Source: Sphagnum compactum (lineage: Eukaryota). Taken from it: a stretch of DNA of 64,000 nucleotides. Position 1 is the first letter of the stretch. The number at the start of each line of letters is the position of its first letter. The stretch is from the NCBI GenBank assembly GCA_965153455.1, contig OZ234493.1:5828001-5892000 (forward strand). The letters run 5' to 3'. The translations under genes were made by a program, and so were the position numbers. A model generated the notes under the pieces. That model was not told the origin of the DNA, did no database searches, and saw only the letters and a list, made by a program, of their open reading frames with translations. Positions 30,431 through 42,610 of the stretch are shown here, one piece after another.

Positions 30431-31046
30431 ATGAGTGAGAAGAGGAGGAGCATTGAAGCAGTAGACGAAGATGTCGCATGGGATTGGCGTGATCATTTCT
30501 TCGAGGAGCTCGTCAATGCCGACATTTCAAGCCTAGGTAACTGAGCTGCTGCATTCCATCAGTTGCAGCAGCATTCTCGTTGATCGATGTTGTTGTTGTT
30601 CTTCCTCCTCATCACCTTCTCCTCCTCCACTGTTGTGCAGCTTTACCGCAGACTCTTTGGGACGAATTGAGCAGCCAGAACAACGACGACGAAGACTTGG
30701 AGTTGAGGTCATTGTTGTCGACCCCCGACTACTGCATTGACGACATTTCCTTGCTAGCAGCGGATCATTCAGCCTCCTTCTTTCAAAGCAGCAGCAGCAG
30801 CTGCAGCCAAGGTAGAAAGGAATAAGGATTGGGTCGCAGGGACGCAAGTTACTAGAAAGTTTTCTCACAGCAAAATTCTGTGTTCTTCTTCTTCTTCTTC
30901 TTCTTCTTGGAGACTGAGAATTGAAATCAGTTTTCAAGCTTCAATGCATTCTCTCCTTCCTTTGTCCATTGCAGCAGAATCCAATACTCATCTATCATTG
31001 CACCATTCAACCACAGTTGACATTGTGTTTTGTGTGTGTGTGTGTG

Positions 31047-31078
<32 letters not shown>

Positions 31079-33146
31079 CAGAAAACTCAGTAGAAGGAGA
31101 TAGCGATGCCGCTATCTTTCTCCGTGGAGAAGGAGGAGGACAAAACCCTCGTCTCAAGAAGCGACGTTTATTCAATGGACCGCAGCAGCAGACGACCAGC
31201 ACCGCATTCAGCAGCGACGACGACATGGGTGAAGAAGGAGATGCACCACCTGCACCTGTCCAAGACACGATGATGCTTACAGTTCCTCCCGCCCTCCTCA
31301 AGGTACCAAAGCTGGAAACTCTCTCTCTCTCCGTCTCTGGTTCAAAGGACAAGGGTGCAAGAATTCATGAACTTCTTACTTGTTTCAGAGATGGTTACTA
31401 TTTTGTTTCATTTTGGGCTCTAGATGCATACTTAAGGAGAATGCTGAAGCCCATCATTCATTGCCCCTTGGTGGTGGTGGTGTGTGGGATCATGATCTTA
31501 TTGCAGAGCTTTGCAGACAATCCTGTGAAGCAGCAGGATGAAGAAGAAGAAGGATATGGCATTCTGAGCTCCATGCCAGCAATCTGGTATCATGCAAGCA
31601 CTGGTAGGTCATTCATTCTGAGCTCCATGACTTGGCCAGCAACCCTCATCCCCACCATCATCATCAGCCCTTGCCTTTGGGTCTTCAGAAAAGTAGTTGG
31701 GTTTGGAAATTGGCTGCAAATGCAGTGTATCTTGTATCTATCTATCAAAGGGTTCAAGACAATTTCGCTGCAAATATCTGCCGAGTAAACTATCTATCTA
31801 GGTCCTCAATCTTGCTTCTTGTTCTTTGTGTGGGGTTGGGACCAGATGACAGCCAAAGTAGTTGTTTGGGAGACAGCAATCAGCAGATGGAGCCGATGAT
31901 GATGATGATGTCGTCAGAGAATTGGATGTCCATTTGCATTGAAGACATTGACACCGCCGTCGTCAAAGGTTTCCACAATCACAAGAAGAAGTAAGCAGCC
32001 CCAATCAATCTGATTTGCATGATCAGAAAATCGCATGATCTTTTTGGGACTGACAGACAGACAGACAGCAAAGAAAGAAGACTTCTGCTGCTTCTGTTCT
32101 TCTCCAATTGCAATTCCTTCCAATGTATCTGTGCTCACCTTGACTTCCATTCCCATGTGTGTGTGTGTAATTTTCTCCAGAGAAGAAGTGGCGGTGGTGA
32201 CAGGGATTGCCAAACAGAAAACACCTGGTAAGAAGAAAAATAATTTCTGAGTTTCTTATCCGACAGTACACTTTCTCTCTGGATGTCTACTGGACTTTCT
32301 CTCTCTTGATGTCTATGAAAAAACACAACACTCCCAAATTAAGTCTTAGCTCCTTCTTCTTCTTCTTCTTCTTGTGTTGAATTTCTCACTGAAAAAAATT
32401 ATCTTCAAGAGATATACATTGGTGGAGACTCAATGCCTTTCTTTTTTTTCCTTTTTTTCGGGTTGTTGCTTGCAGGTGGTCTGACTCCACTCAAGATATC
32501 AAATGAAGAGGTAGTACTACAAGGTCCTCTTACACCCTTCTCCAGCCGACCTTCTACACCTGGTAAAGTTACAGTGTCACAGATGTGGATTTTGTTTTTT
32601 TTTTTCCCTCTTATCAGATGAGGTGGTGTAAGCTTTATAAAAAAAAGAATCAGTCACAAAGAATGCTGCAAAATTCTCTACTAGCAACATCGTTGTTGTT
32701 CTCATCATCAAAGGAGGATTTTGTTTTTATTTTTTCCATGTGCTGATCCATGACAGTGGGTTTGTTTTACTCCTTTTGATTTTTCCACAGTTAATAGGAC
32801 AATTGCTGTGAAGAAATCAAAGGCAAGCAGCACTATGCCAGTGGCATATCCTTTCACATTGGTGAAACCCCTGGGAGGAACTGAAGGAGACATGACACTA
32901 ATGGACATAAACCAGCTCATATCAACAACACCTCCAAGGAGCAACAACACTGGTACTACAACAACACGTGGAAGTAGCAGCAGCAGCAGCAGCTCCTCCT
33001 CCTCCTCCTCCACAAGCTCCAGAGATCCAAGACCCAATGCAAAAGTAGACTATGGAGTTGGTCTCTCTGGCAAGTCCATTGTCACCCGCACAAGGATTTG
33101 CACCAAGGGCAATGGCACAATCACAATTATGAGAACAAAAGGTTAA
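30431..33146 (+). CDS. XRI1: XRI1-like (X-ray induced transcript 1 family) protein, 8 exons, about 409 aa
   Basis: Exons 30431-30536, 30641-30811, 31082-31302, 31507-31603, 31846-31990, 32181-32227, 32476-32562 and 32791-33146 (1230 nt, GT-AG, phases consistent). N-terminal WDW, RLKKRRLF and SENWMSICIED motifs. Diagnostic C-terminus AYPFTLVKP..GDMTLMDINQLI..LSGKSIV..TRICTKGNGTITIMRTKG. Internal exon boundaries are less certain than the family call. Confidence 0.88.
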
Positions 33147-36100
33147 TAATAAATAATAATATATGCACCTCTTTTCACTTGCTTTGAAATCTTCAATAAC
33201 GTAGATCTTGAAGAAGAAGTTATTAGGTTAGCCCCCGCCCCCCTCGGTTGATGATGACACCTTGGAAATATATACAGTGTGGCTTTGATCCTTCTGATGG
33301 GTACCTGTAATTTTCGTTGCTACAAAAAAGCTTCAAAATTAGGGATCACAACTGAGAGATAAGATCACAAAACTGATGATGATAAGTTAGTAGATGAGAT
33401 ATCATCATCTACTAACTTACACTCTGAGTGGCCAGGTGAATGTGTACTTGTAAATGCTCATGTTTGGTTTACTAGGGTTTGTTGTAATAAGAGGCATATT
33501 AATCAGGTAGAGCTTCTTTCTGTAAAAATCTGTAGAATGGGGGAGTAAATCTAGTGCTGAGCAAAAGTTCATTATTATCTTTGTTCCCAATGATTTTTTT
33601 TAGCAAAGGCTTATGCAGAAGAGCATCATTTGAGACAATGTTAACTGTGGTAATATGATCATATTATCTTGAAAGGAAGGAAGGAAGGAAGGTTTAGACC
33701 TTCCACCATCTGAATTTGTCGCTCTTATTACACGTAAAAACCACATCTGAGATGTCCCAAATGCACTGTGGAATGGTCGAGCCCCCGGTCCTTGTTTGTT
33801 GGGTAAGGTGACAGCGAGCCCTTTAGGGTGAGCTTGGCAACACACCCAAACTAATCGGCAAGCGTGAGGTCAATCCATGACATTAAGGGAAGGTCTGGGG
33901 TGGCAGATCCAACAATTTGAAAAAAAATCATGTTCAACAAACTCATTTTGGTCACCATTACAAGTGTATTGATCATCACCTGGAGATTATGTGATATAAT
34001 GTCATCAAGAAAATGACATAATAATCTGCCCACCCCAGACCTTAAAGTTTTCAGTTTGTGAAGAAGATGTGTGAAGAGTAGGAAGGAACTCAATTCAAAC
34101 AAGGCATCACAAACACACTGGCCCTGCCAATAGATAAGATGTTGTATGTACATCTACCTACTGTGTCCACACTCTCTGAACACCAAACAACATGTTGCAA
34201 CTCATGGATTGAAAATTTTCAAAACACACTCTCCATTAGGTTATATAGTCTGACCATTTCAAATTCAAAGTCATTTTGGAATTGGGAATATTAAAAGGTT
34301 TTGACATGGACAATTAGAGGCCCAAGTTGTAAAGTAAACTTAACCAAAGTCATGATGATTCCCTCTTCACCAAAATAATTACATAGGGATTGTGCTACTC
34401 ACAAATTGTTGGGGGTATTGTTAACGCCTTGGTCTAATGGGTCAAATCTCAAATAGGTGCAAAGTGAATTTGCCTCAAAATGCTAAAGCATCATCCACTC
34501 CTTTTCACGGCCCCATTTGCCTACTTCGATTATTTTGTTTGTTTGTGAGTCCATTTGGATATTGAATCATTTGCAACAAGTGAAGATTTTCAATTTGAGT
34601 TCATCATTCATTGATGTGAATCAGCCCTTCAACTGTGAAGTTAGGAAAAACAAAAAGGGGGGGGTGGGGGAGGGGGATAGAATCTTTCAAAAATTGTAGG
34701 CCAAATTGGTTAATAGATTTTTTTTTAAAAACTAGCTTGAAAATACTTTCATGTATATATCAATCACCAAGAGGTTGTTTGCATGCAAGAACTAATAAAA
34801 ATAAAAACAATATATACAGGAGAAAAGAAATTCTAAGTTGCCACATTTCTACAATAGTTTCCAACTTGTAGTGGAATCATAAAGGATTCTTCTTCTTTTT
34901 TCAAAATTCATATTTGGTTTGTAGCCAAATTTGGTTTAATGTTTTTGTGGATGATTGCCAATTTGTCTAAATCACAAAATTGAAAAAAAAGAACCTTGCA
35001 TACAATGGTACAGTTTGAAAGAAATGTAATGCATTTGTTGACATAAACATGACATTATAAATAATTATAAATGTTGATAATGATAGATGGTATTTTTACT
35101 TTCGATGATGATGGTAAGAAAAAGGATTTCTACAAAATGCTTAAAAAATCTTATCATATATTCAAATTCAATTGAAAGATAATCACACATTTTGAAGAAA
35201 AAAAATCCAATGATCATTTTTTGGTCATTTGATTTTTCCCTGGACATGTAGATTAGGTACACACATTTAATCCCATCATTCATTTTCTAGTCTTTATTTT
35301 TCCAAATATTTACTTGGTTAAATTGCATATATTTCAAAATAAAATGTTCATTCATTGATTTTTTCACAAACCTAATTGTCCTTTGATGCCTCCCTAGTTT
35401 CCAATCAAATCTCACCAAAACTCCCAAATTCACCAATGACGTCCCCTTAAGAACATCAACTTTTGAAACCTACAATGTTAGGGCAACATGCACCCAAACA
35501 AGATGATCATGTATTCTAATGTTACTTTCTATTAGTGGTTTGATGGTTCCCAATGATGTTGTGAATGAAATTTTCCCAACAATCCAAAAATGATTTCATA
35601 CATGTTGACAAAGTTCCCAATCAGGCCTCTACAAAAGTCCCAAAGTTGTTATTACTTTTCTTCCTAATGTAACCATTTGAACATGCAAAAAATTTCCATT
35701 GATGCTCACAAGATTTGTCTTATAATAGCCTACAATTTGTTCCTTTTGATAGAGTTTTTCATAAAGTTGGGCAAACACAAGCTCACAAGTGTTGTGTTTT
35801 CTTGATTCATGCGCCATAATCACAAACATGGCATGAAAGGAAAACAAAGGGTTCTATCAGAGGGTGAAATTGATTTTTCCTCCTTAACTTGACATGAAAC
35901 TAATCGCATTTTGCTTATTTGTTTGCACATTTCCAACCAAGTGGCAAAAATGTGGGTTCCAAATTGGGACTTATAATTTTTGCCAAGTTATATGATTTTT
36001 GAATGTTGAAGAGTTCATAACTTCTTCATTTCTTATCCAAATTTAACAATGGAGGGGTCTATACTTGTGATTTTTGAAAGTAAAACGTCATATTAAGCTT

Positions 36101-37519
36101 ATCAATTGGAGTTGATTTGATCCTTCAAGAATTACAACATTTATGTATTTAAGAGTCATTTTGGCAATTTGACTTTTACGCTATATATTTTTTATTTTTT
36201 TATTTTGTTTCAAATGTGACCCCATTTTATTGTATCACACTTTGAGACATTTTCAATGGTCTAAATAATGTTTGATTTAGACAAGCTTTTAATTTCAAAT
36301 ATTGGTCCAAAACTTTAAAACACCCTAGGACATCAAACTCACAAAATAAAACTATCTTTAAATGTTTTGAAGGCTCTTCTTTTGCACTCCTACACACTTC
36401 CCTTTCACCAAGGAATGTGTTTGGAATCTTGCCATGCCTTGGATTCTTTTTTATTTGTTTTCCTTTTCTTGCTTTAGCCTAAATTACAAGGCCAAGGCTA
36501 AGATCATAACATAGTTGTTTAATGATGCCAAATTCAAGAAGAATATGGCAATTGATTGATTATTTTTACAACCATTTTTTATCAATCACTTTGCATTTGG
36601 TACATGTTTTTTGACCCTCTTGGTTACAACAATTATATCAATGTGTTTGGCACATTGTTGCTTGTTATCAATTTCTTTTGAAGGCCAACACTTAAATTTG
36701 AGTTTTATCATCATGCGAATTTGTATCCACATTACAATGAACTTGTCAATGGAATATATTTTAGGTGGAATATATTTGTTCTAACAATTCATGAACCATA
36801 AAGAAAGAAGTAGTAACACATTTCCAAAATGCATGGACTTTTAAAAACATATAAAATGTTATTTTGGTATTCTTTAAGTGCAATTTGCAATGATTTAAAA
36901 TGCAAATAAACTTTTGGACATCATTAGAGTTAAATATAGGGTGTGTGTTTTGAAAAAATTAATTATAAAAGTTGAACCAAATTAGAACTAAAGCATTTAG
37001 TTGATGCTAGAATCAATGTCCCACATTTGAAGTGGAAGCTATCTTTTGAAGACTGATGTTAAAAAACAATTGCATTGAAAATGTAAATTTGCCCATTACA
37101 ATTTGAATAAAGATCTCTTTGAATATATGGGGGTTCAAAATGGCAATTGCATAGATTTTTTTGTAAAGTTGGGCAAGCATGGGCTTTTAATGCCATTGTT
37201 GCCTAATTCATAGGTTGTAATCATAAACACAACATGAGAAAAACACAAAGGGTTCCAATGGGGAGTGAAAGTAATTTCATGTTTATTAGTGAAGGTTGCA
37301 CACGAAAATGTTTTTTGTTTTTGCTTTGAATTCTCAATTTATGCTTGAAATGTTAAGGAACACAAGTGCAAGGAAAAACTCTACATAAAAGTTTGAAAAT
37401 TATGCAAGAGTAATTGATGTTTAAAAATGTAAGAGGAATGAAGGAGAAAAAATAGATGCCCGAAGAGAAATTTGGAACAAGTAGACCTACATTGGAGCGA
37501 CCCTATTTGAATCTCTTTA

Positions 37520-39030
37520 AGGTTCAATTGACTTTTTCAAATGCGGTGTAGCTCTAACTAAAATTATGGGCACTTGTTACCTCAAGAAATTTTCTACTAT
37601 TCATTCTTTCAAGTGAAGTGTAGCCCTAGCTAGAAACATTGGCATTTATTGCTTTTAAGAATTCTATTCCAACTCTTTTTTTCAAGTGAGGTGTAACCTT
37701 AATTAAAAGTATGGTTTTGATAGCCTAAACAACATGTGAAGATAATATATTTTATGATTGTCTCAACCTAGACATCATTATTTTGTAACTCCCTAAACAC
37801 CTTCTATTGTTTTGAATGCATGTAATTGATTTTGAAAACCTAAGGTTAGGTCTAATGCACATTACAATGCATTTTGGGTTTAATAATTTGAGTATTTTCA
37901 ACTAAGGTCTAACAATTAAACAAGTTGTAAAACCCAAGATGTGTTGTAATGACATTTGACACATCTTTTATGGCCTTGAGGGTTCCATAGGTGTTTTATT
38001 AATGCACACTTGCCTTTGTGAGGTTTGAACTTTAATTGGTAGCTTTGTAAACACCTATTATAATTATTTATGTATGTAATTGATTTTGAAAAACTTGATG
38101 CAGATTTGGAACATTCTTAATGGTTTTGGGGGAGTTATAGGTATTTTATTGATGCATGTTTGTCTTTGTGAGGTGTAATATTCATTTGGTTGCTTCATAA
38201 ACACCTATATTAGTTCTTTATGCATGTAAAAAAAACATTTGACACATGTTTGACACATCCTTGATGGCCTAGGGGGGTTTTGTAGGTATTTTAACAATGC
38301 ACATTTTCCCTTGTGAGAGGTAAAAACACATTATAATGAACAAAATGTTGTTAGAAATATTATTTTAAAAACTATGTATTTTCCAACAATCATTCAAAAG
38401 ATTATCAAACTTTATAAAATATTTAGTCAAATATTAAATATTATGAATTGATTGTACTATTTCAATTCCATATGGAGAATTCCATTCAAGTGATTTCACA
38501 AAAAAATATCTAGATGAGATTTTTCATTCAAATGAATGTATGTTTGTGAATTTTTTAAAAATATCTTTAAAATTGTTCTCTTTTGAAAGTTAACAAAAAT
38601 TGTGTTAAATGCCTTGTGTCAAAATCCATTTTATGTGTTTTTCAAAACACTAGATGAAATGAAAAAAACCCTTATATATATTTTTTTATTTTTTTATTTT
38701 TTATTTTTTTCTTGCCCAATTTGACCCCCGTATCGTGTGCTTTCACCTTGAGGTTTGGTCCTTATTTGAAAACCCATAAAAACCTATTTTGGTTATGTAT
38801 GGGTGTACCATGTAATTGATTTTGAATTACCCTTACAAAGCTTACAACACATTTGGCATATCTATTATGGCATTGGGGGGTTTTATAAGTATTTTATTGA
38901 TGCACATTATGAAGTTTGGTCTTCATTTCCAACATGGTTTAGGGTCTAGTGAGGTTATGTATGCATGAATTTCATTTTGAATTGCTTTTGTTAGGTCTAA
39001 CTCTCATTTCAACATGGTTTAAGGTCTAAT
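37520..39030. repeat. Highly degenerate tandem/minisatellite-like region
   Basis: Recurring tgtaattgattttgaa (~37821, 38075, 38811) and gacacatc..t.atggc.t..gggg.tt.tag.t.tttta.t.atgcaca blocks. Confidence 0.55.
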
Positions 39031-40132
39031 GTTGAATTTTTTAAATGATTATATGTCAAATCATTATTTTTTTAGCAATCACAATTTGCTAGTGATTATT
39101 GCTTGTTGATGGTTTATAGTGACTATTTTTAGTGGTTTTGATTCTTTGGTGCATGATCTTGACCCTTTTCAATATGGTCCCCAAATTTGAATCGTGTTTG
39201 CAAGTTGTTTATGTAATTCTGAGTAGGAGTGTTGCGCATGGTAGGTTTTTTAAAGAAAAGAATGAAAATATTTCTAGAATTAGATGATTTCATGGTAGAA
39301 ATTCAACAAATTAAGTTAGGTGCTTTACAAAAGGCAAAATAACCTTGGCAAAACAACGTGCCTTGACAAATTGTGGAATTTTTATTATTCAACATAATAG
39401 TGGCATTGTACCATGTCCACTTTGCCACCTATATCATTAGTGAAAAAATGCAATTCAACTAATTCCTAATGTAGTGTGGAAGACCATTTATCGAAATTAC
39501 CTAAAAGCCTACCTTAAGACCATGTTTGTTGATGAGACCTTGAAGGGTCATTTGAGAGAGACCTTGAAAAGGTTGAAGACAAGTAATTCAAATGAGGAAG
39601 GATCAAAATAGGCAATGCTACAATGTGATGAAGTGTTGGAGCCTTGAAAATTACAAATGGCCATGCAACCCAAAATGTATTAAAGAGGCAACAAACTTCA
39701 TTGAATACACACATATTCATAACTCCATCTCCTAGCCTAATTCACACCCTAATGACTAATGTGGACCTACTATCGTTGTGGCCTCATCAAACCTTATCCT
39801 TATGATTAACTCCACTAAGAGGCAAACCCTTATGACAAAATTGACCAAATGGGAAATAATGGTAGTGAATTCTAGGAACATGGCAAACATGGCATGCAAG
39901 CTTTCATCCTCTTTGATATTTGTGATGTTTTTTTGATAGGCACAATGGACATCAACAAGGTAAAAATTAACAACTTGAAATTGGCCAGATATTTGAAAGT
40001 GATTTTACAAGAGGAGTTTATAACAAAAGTTAAAACAATTTTAGACATGTAATTAATAGTTAGTTGTGAAAATTTTGGCTTTGTGCAATCAAACCTCTTC
40101 ATAAAATGTCCCCATTTCCTTTTCACTCCACA

Positions 40133-40750
40133 TACCCTAAACGTTAAATTTTAGATTTTGAACCCTAAACCATAAAACCTTAAATTTTAAACTCTAAACC
40201 ATAACATTCAAACCTTAAACCTTAAGTTAAACCTTTAAAACCCTAAATTTCAACTTTAACACCTTAGCCCTAACCCAAACCATAAAATTGAAACCCTAAA
40301 CGTTCAATCCAAACCCTAAAAATCTTAAGATTCAAACCCTAAAACCTAACCTTAACCCAAACTTTAAAATTCAAACCCTAAACCCTAGAACTTTTACCAT
40401 AACCATTAAATCCAAACCCTACATCTAAACTTTTAAACCCCTAGCCCAACCTAGCCCATAGGCCCTAAGTTCTAGACCATAAACCCTACCCCTTAGCCCA
40501 TCGCCCATAACCATTAGCCCCTAGCTCAAAGCATTAACCCTAACCCAAACCCTAAAATTCGTCTTAATCTATACTGTAAACCCCAAAATTTGAGACCCTC
40601 AACCTTAATCTAAAATGTAAAATCTTATATTTCGAACTTTAAACCATAAAATTTAAGCCCTAAACCCTAAATTTCAAACCCTAAACTTTAAATTCAAATC
40701 CCTAGCCCTTAGCGTGTAGCCCATAGCGTTTGAACCTTAGCCCAAAGCCC
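40133..40750 (+). repeat. Degenerate telomere-like (AAACCCT-derived) array
   Basis: Dozens of aaaccct/aaacctt/aaaccat/agccct variants over about 620 bp. Confidence 0.8.
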
Positions 40751-41159
40751 CTGTAAGCACCACCAATGCTCCACACTGCCCAACAAAATTGAAGACATCA
40801 TGTTGAATTTCTCCCCAGTTTGTTTCAAATCACCTTGCAAGTTGCTCACCCTAAGAAGCAAAGCTGATTCAGATCATAGTGATCCCAAATTCCTCCCCAA
40901 AACAAGATTCCCATATCTCTCTATCCCCATATATCTACTTGTGGGACCTTGGGATAAACCTGAACAAATCTGGAACAAATTGCTACTACTCCTTTGCAAC
41001 CAAATTCTTTCCCTTCCTTCTTGCTCAAGCTCTTCATCTGTAGAGCATGTACACCACCACCAATCACCAGTTGGTATCTTGCCAACAAAACCTCCCTAAG
41101 ATTGTTTTTCAAGAACCATGTATGCTACAACAAACAAACGGAGTGAGAGAAGAAGAGAG

Positions 41160-42610
41160 AAATTAGGACAAGCCGAGGTTTCTTGTTCAAGCTGGAGCTG
41201 CAAACGGGTACTGATTATTTGGGGGCAATGGAAAACTGTAGATTTCCAATACCCTTTCTGCCTGGTAAGTGGAGATACTCACTCCTTTTGCAACAGAATA
41301 GGGTTTATGCTCTTCAAGGATGTCCCCTTGTGTCCAAAGTTCTGCATCTGGGGGGCTGTATGTATGAAATATCCTACCTCTCAGGGGTCATATGTTCAGA
41401 ATTTTGTTGAATATCCCAGGGGCCTTATGTATGGCGTATGAATATTCTACCTTCTAGGGGCTTTACATCACCTTCTAGAGATTGGGCAGTATATGGTAGA
41501 TTTTGCTTCGTAAGCATACCCTGGGCGAGAATCCGCTGGCAAAATCTGCCATATACTGCCCATTCTGCGGCCATAAAGTCAGGGATTGCCCTGTGGAACA
41601 TGGAGACCAGCCAAGGGAGCACGACAGAATCTGTTACCCACACAATCAGCAAGGTGGACAGATTCTACAGCATCAAAGAGGCTGAAAAGGGCCCAAATTG
41701 GCAGGCCTGGACTTTCATGTGTAGGGTAACACCCCAGGAGTGGAAAGCTTCAGAAGTAAGCACCTGCCTAAGGTGGAGGAGCCAAGGGGGCTATTCCTTG
41801 TGGAACTCCGCTGCTTTGAGGGTGTTACTAAGCATAAAATCAACATGATTCCTGTGATACCAAATGGGTATCTGGTGGGTACCTGCCAAGTATCACAAGA
41901 ATTTTCTTACAAATGATGTGGGCCATTTCGGAAAATGGAACACCCACGCTTTGCAGGCATTCTGTTTTCCAAAATGCCTTGTGGGATTTTACAGTCTGTA
42001 ATTGTACCTCCAAAATACACTGAGAAAATCGTCGAGGTTTCTAGTTTCTATAGTATGAAGTATTTTGCCTCTCCAGGGCCTTATGGGAGGCAGTTGGGAA
42101 TTGAACCTCAGATGACGTGCAAGGCACCACTACAGTGGTGACGTTGTAGCGTGATGAATGGAGTCCTTATCCAGGGCACTTGCCTGGGGTCGGTTCCTAC
42201 AGATAGGAGCAGCTCAACTGATGAAGTCTTCTTCATCTCCTGGCTTTTTTGACTTCTTACCTAGAGTCTTTCTTTTAGCTTGAACACATTGAGGGTCTCT
42301 CTTTCTGCCTGTTTTGTTGGAGAGTTGCATGCCTGACACCCATTTCTACTTCTTCCAGCAAGTTCCACATGGGGGAAACAAATGGGGAGGGGTGGGGGAA
42401 GGTGATGACACTGGCTGACTCATTCACTTGATTTGATTGATGACGATGCGTACAGGGTGCGTACAAGTCCAACGACAAACAAACTTTGCTTGGTCCTCAA
42501 GATATGACAATCACCCACGTCAGAATGAGAAGGTTGCTGGGCCCTACTGCTACTTTCCAGAATATTTTTCCCACCTTCCCCCAGCTGCTCCATTCAGTTC
42601 AAAATCCATG
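41160..42610 (-). pseudogene. Putative decayed reading frame of unknown origin
   Basis: GC-balanced island in AT-rich DNA. One minus frame reads protein-like for ~320 codons (42300-41341: ..GKKSKKPGDEEDFIS*..LHTIETRNLDDFLSVFWRYNYRL*..) with 8 in-frame stops and no obvious frameshift. No family recognised. Confidence 0.4.

Noticed and set aside
30010..30438. 142-aa hydrophobic ORF upstream of XRI1
   Set aside because: Translation of CT/CTT microsatellites in the 5' leader region. No domain; at most an upstream ORF.
41503..41685. CPFCGHKVRDCP resembling a Gag zinc knuckle
   Set aside because: Spacing does not fit CX2CX4HX4C, it partly overlaps the hairpin arm, and no other retroelement motifs are nearby.
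41341..42300. Idea that the in-frame stops are repaired by U-to-C or A-to-I RNA editing
   Set aside because: Any stop codon can be formally fixed this way. U-to-C editing is organellar and not known from moss nuclear transcripts. Mutational decay is simpler.
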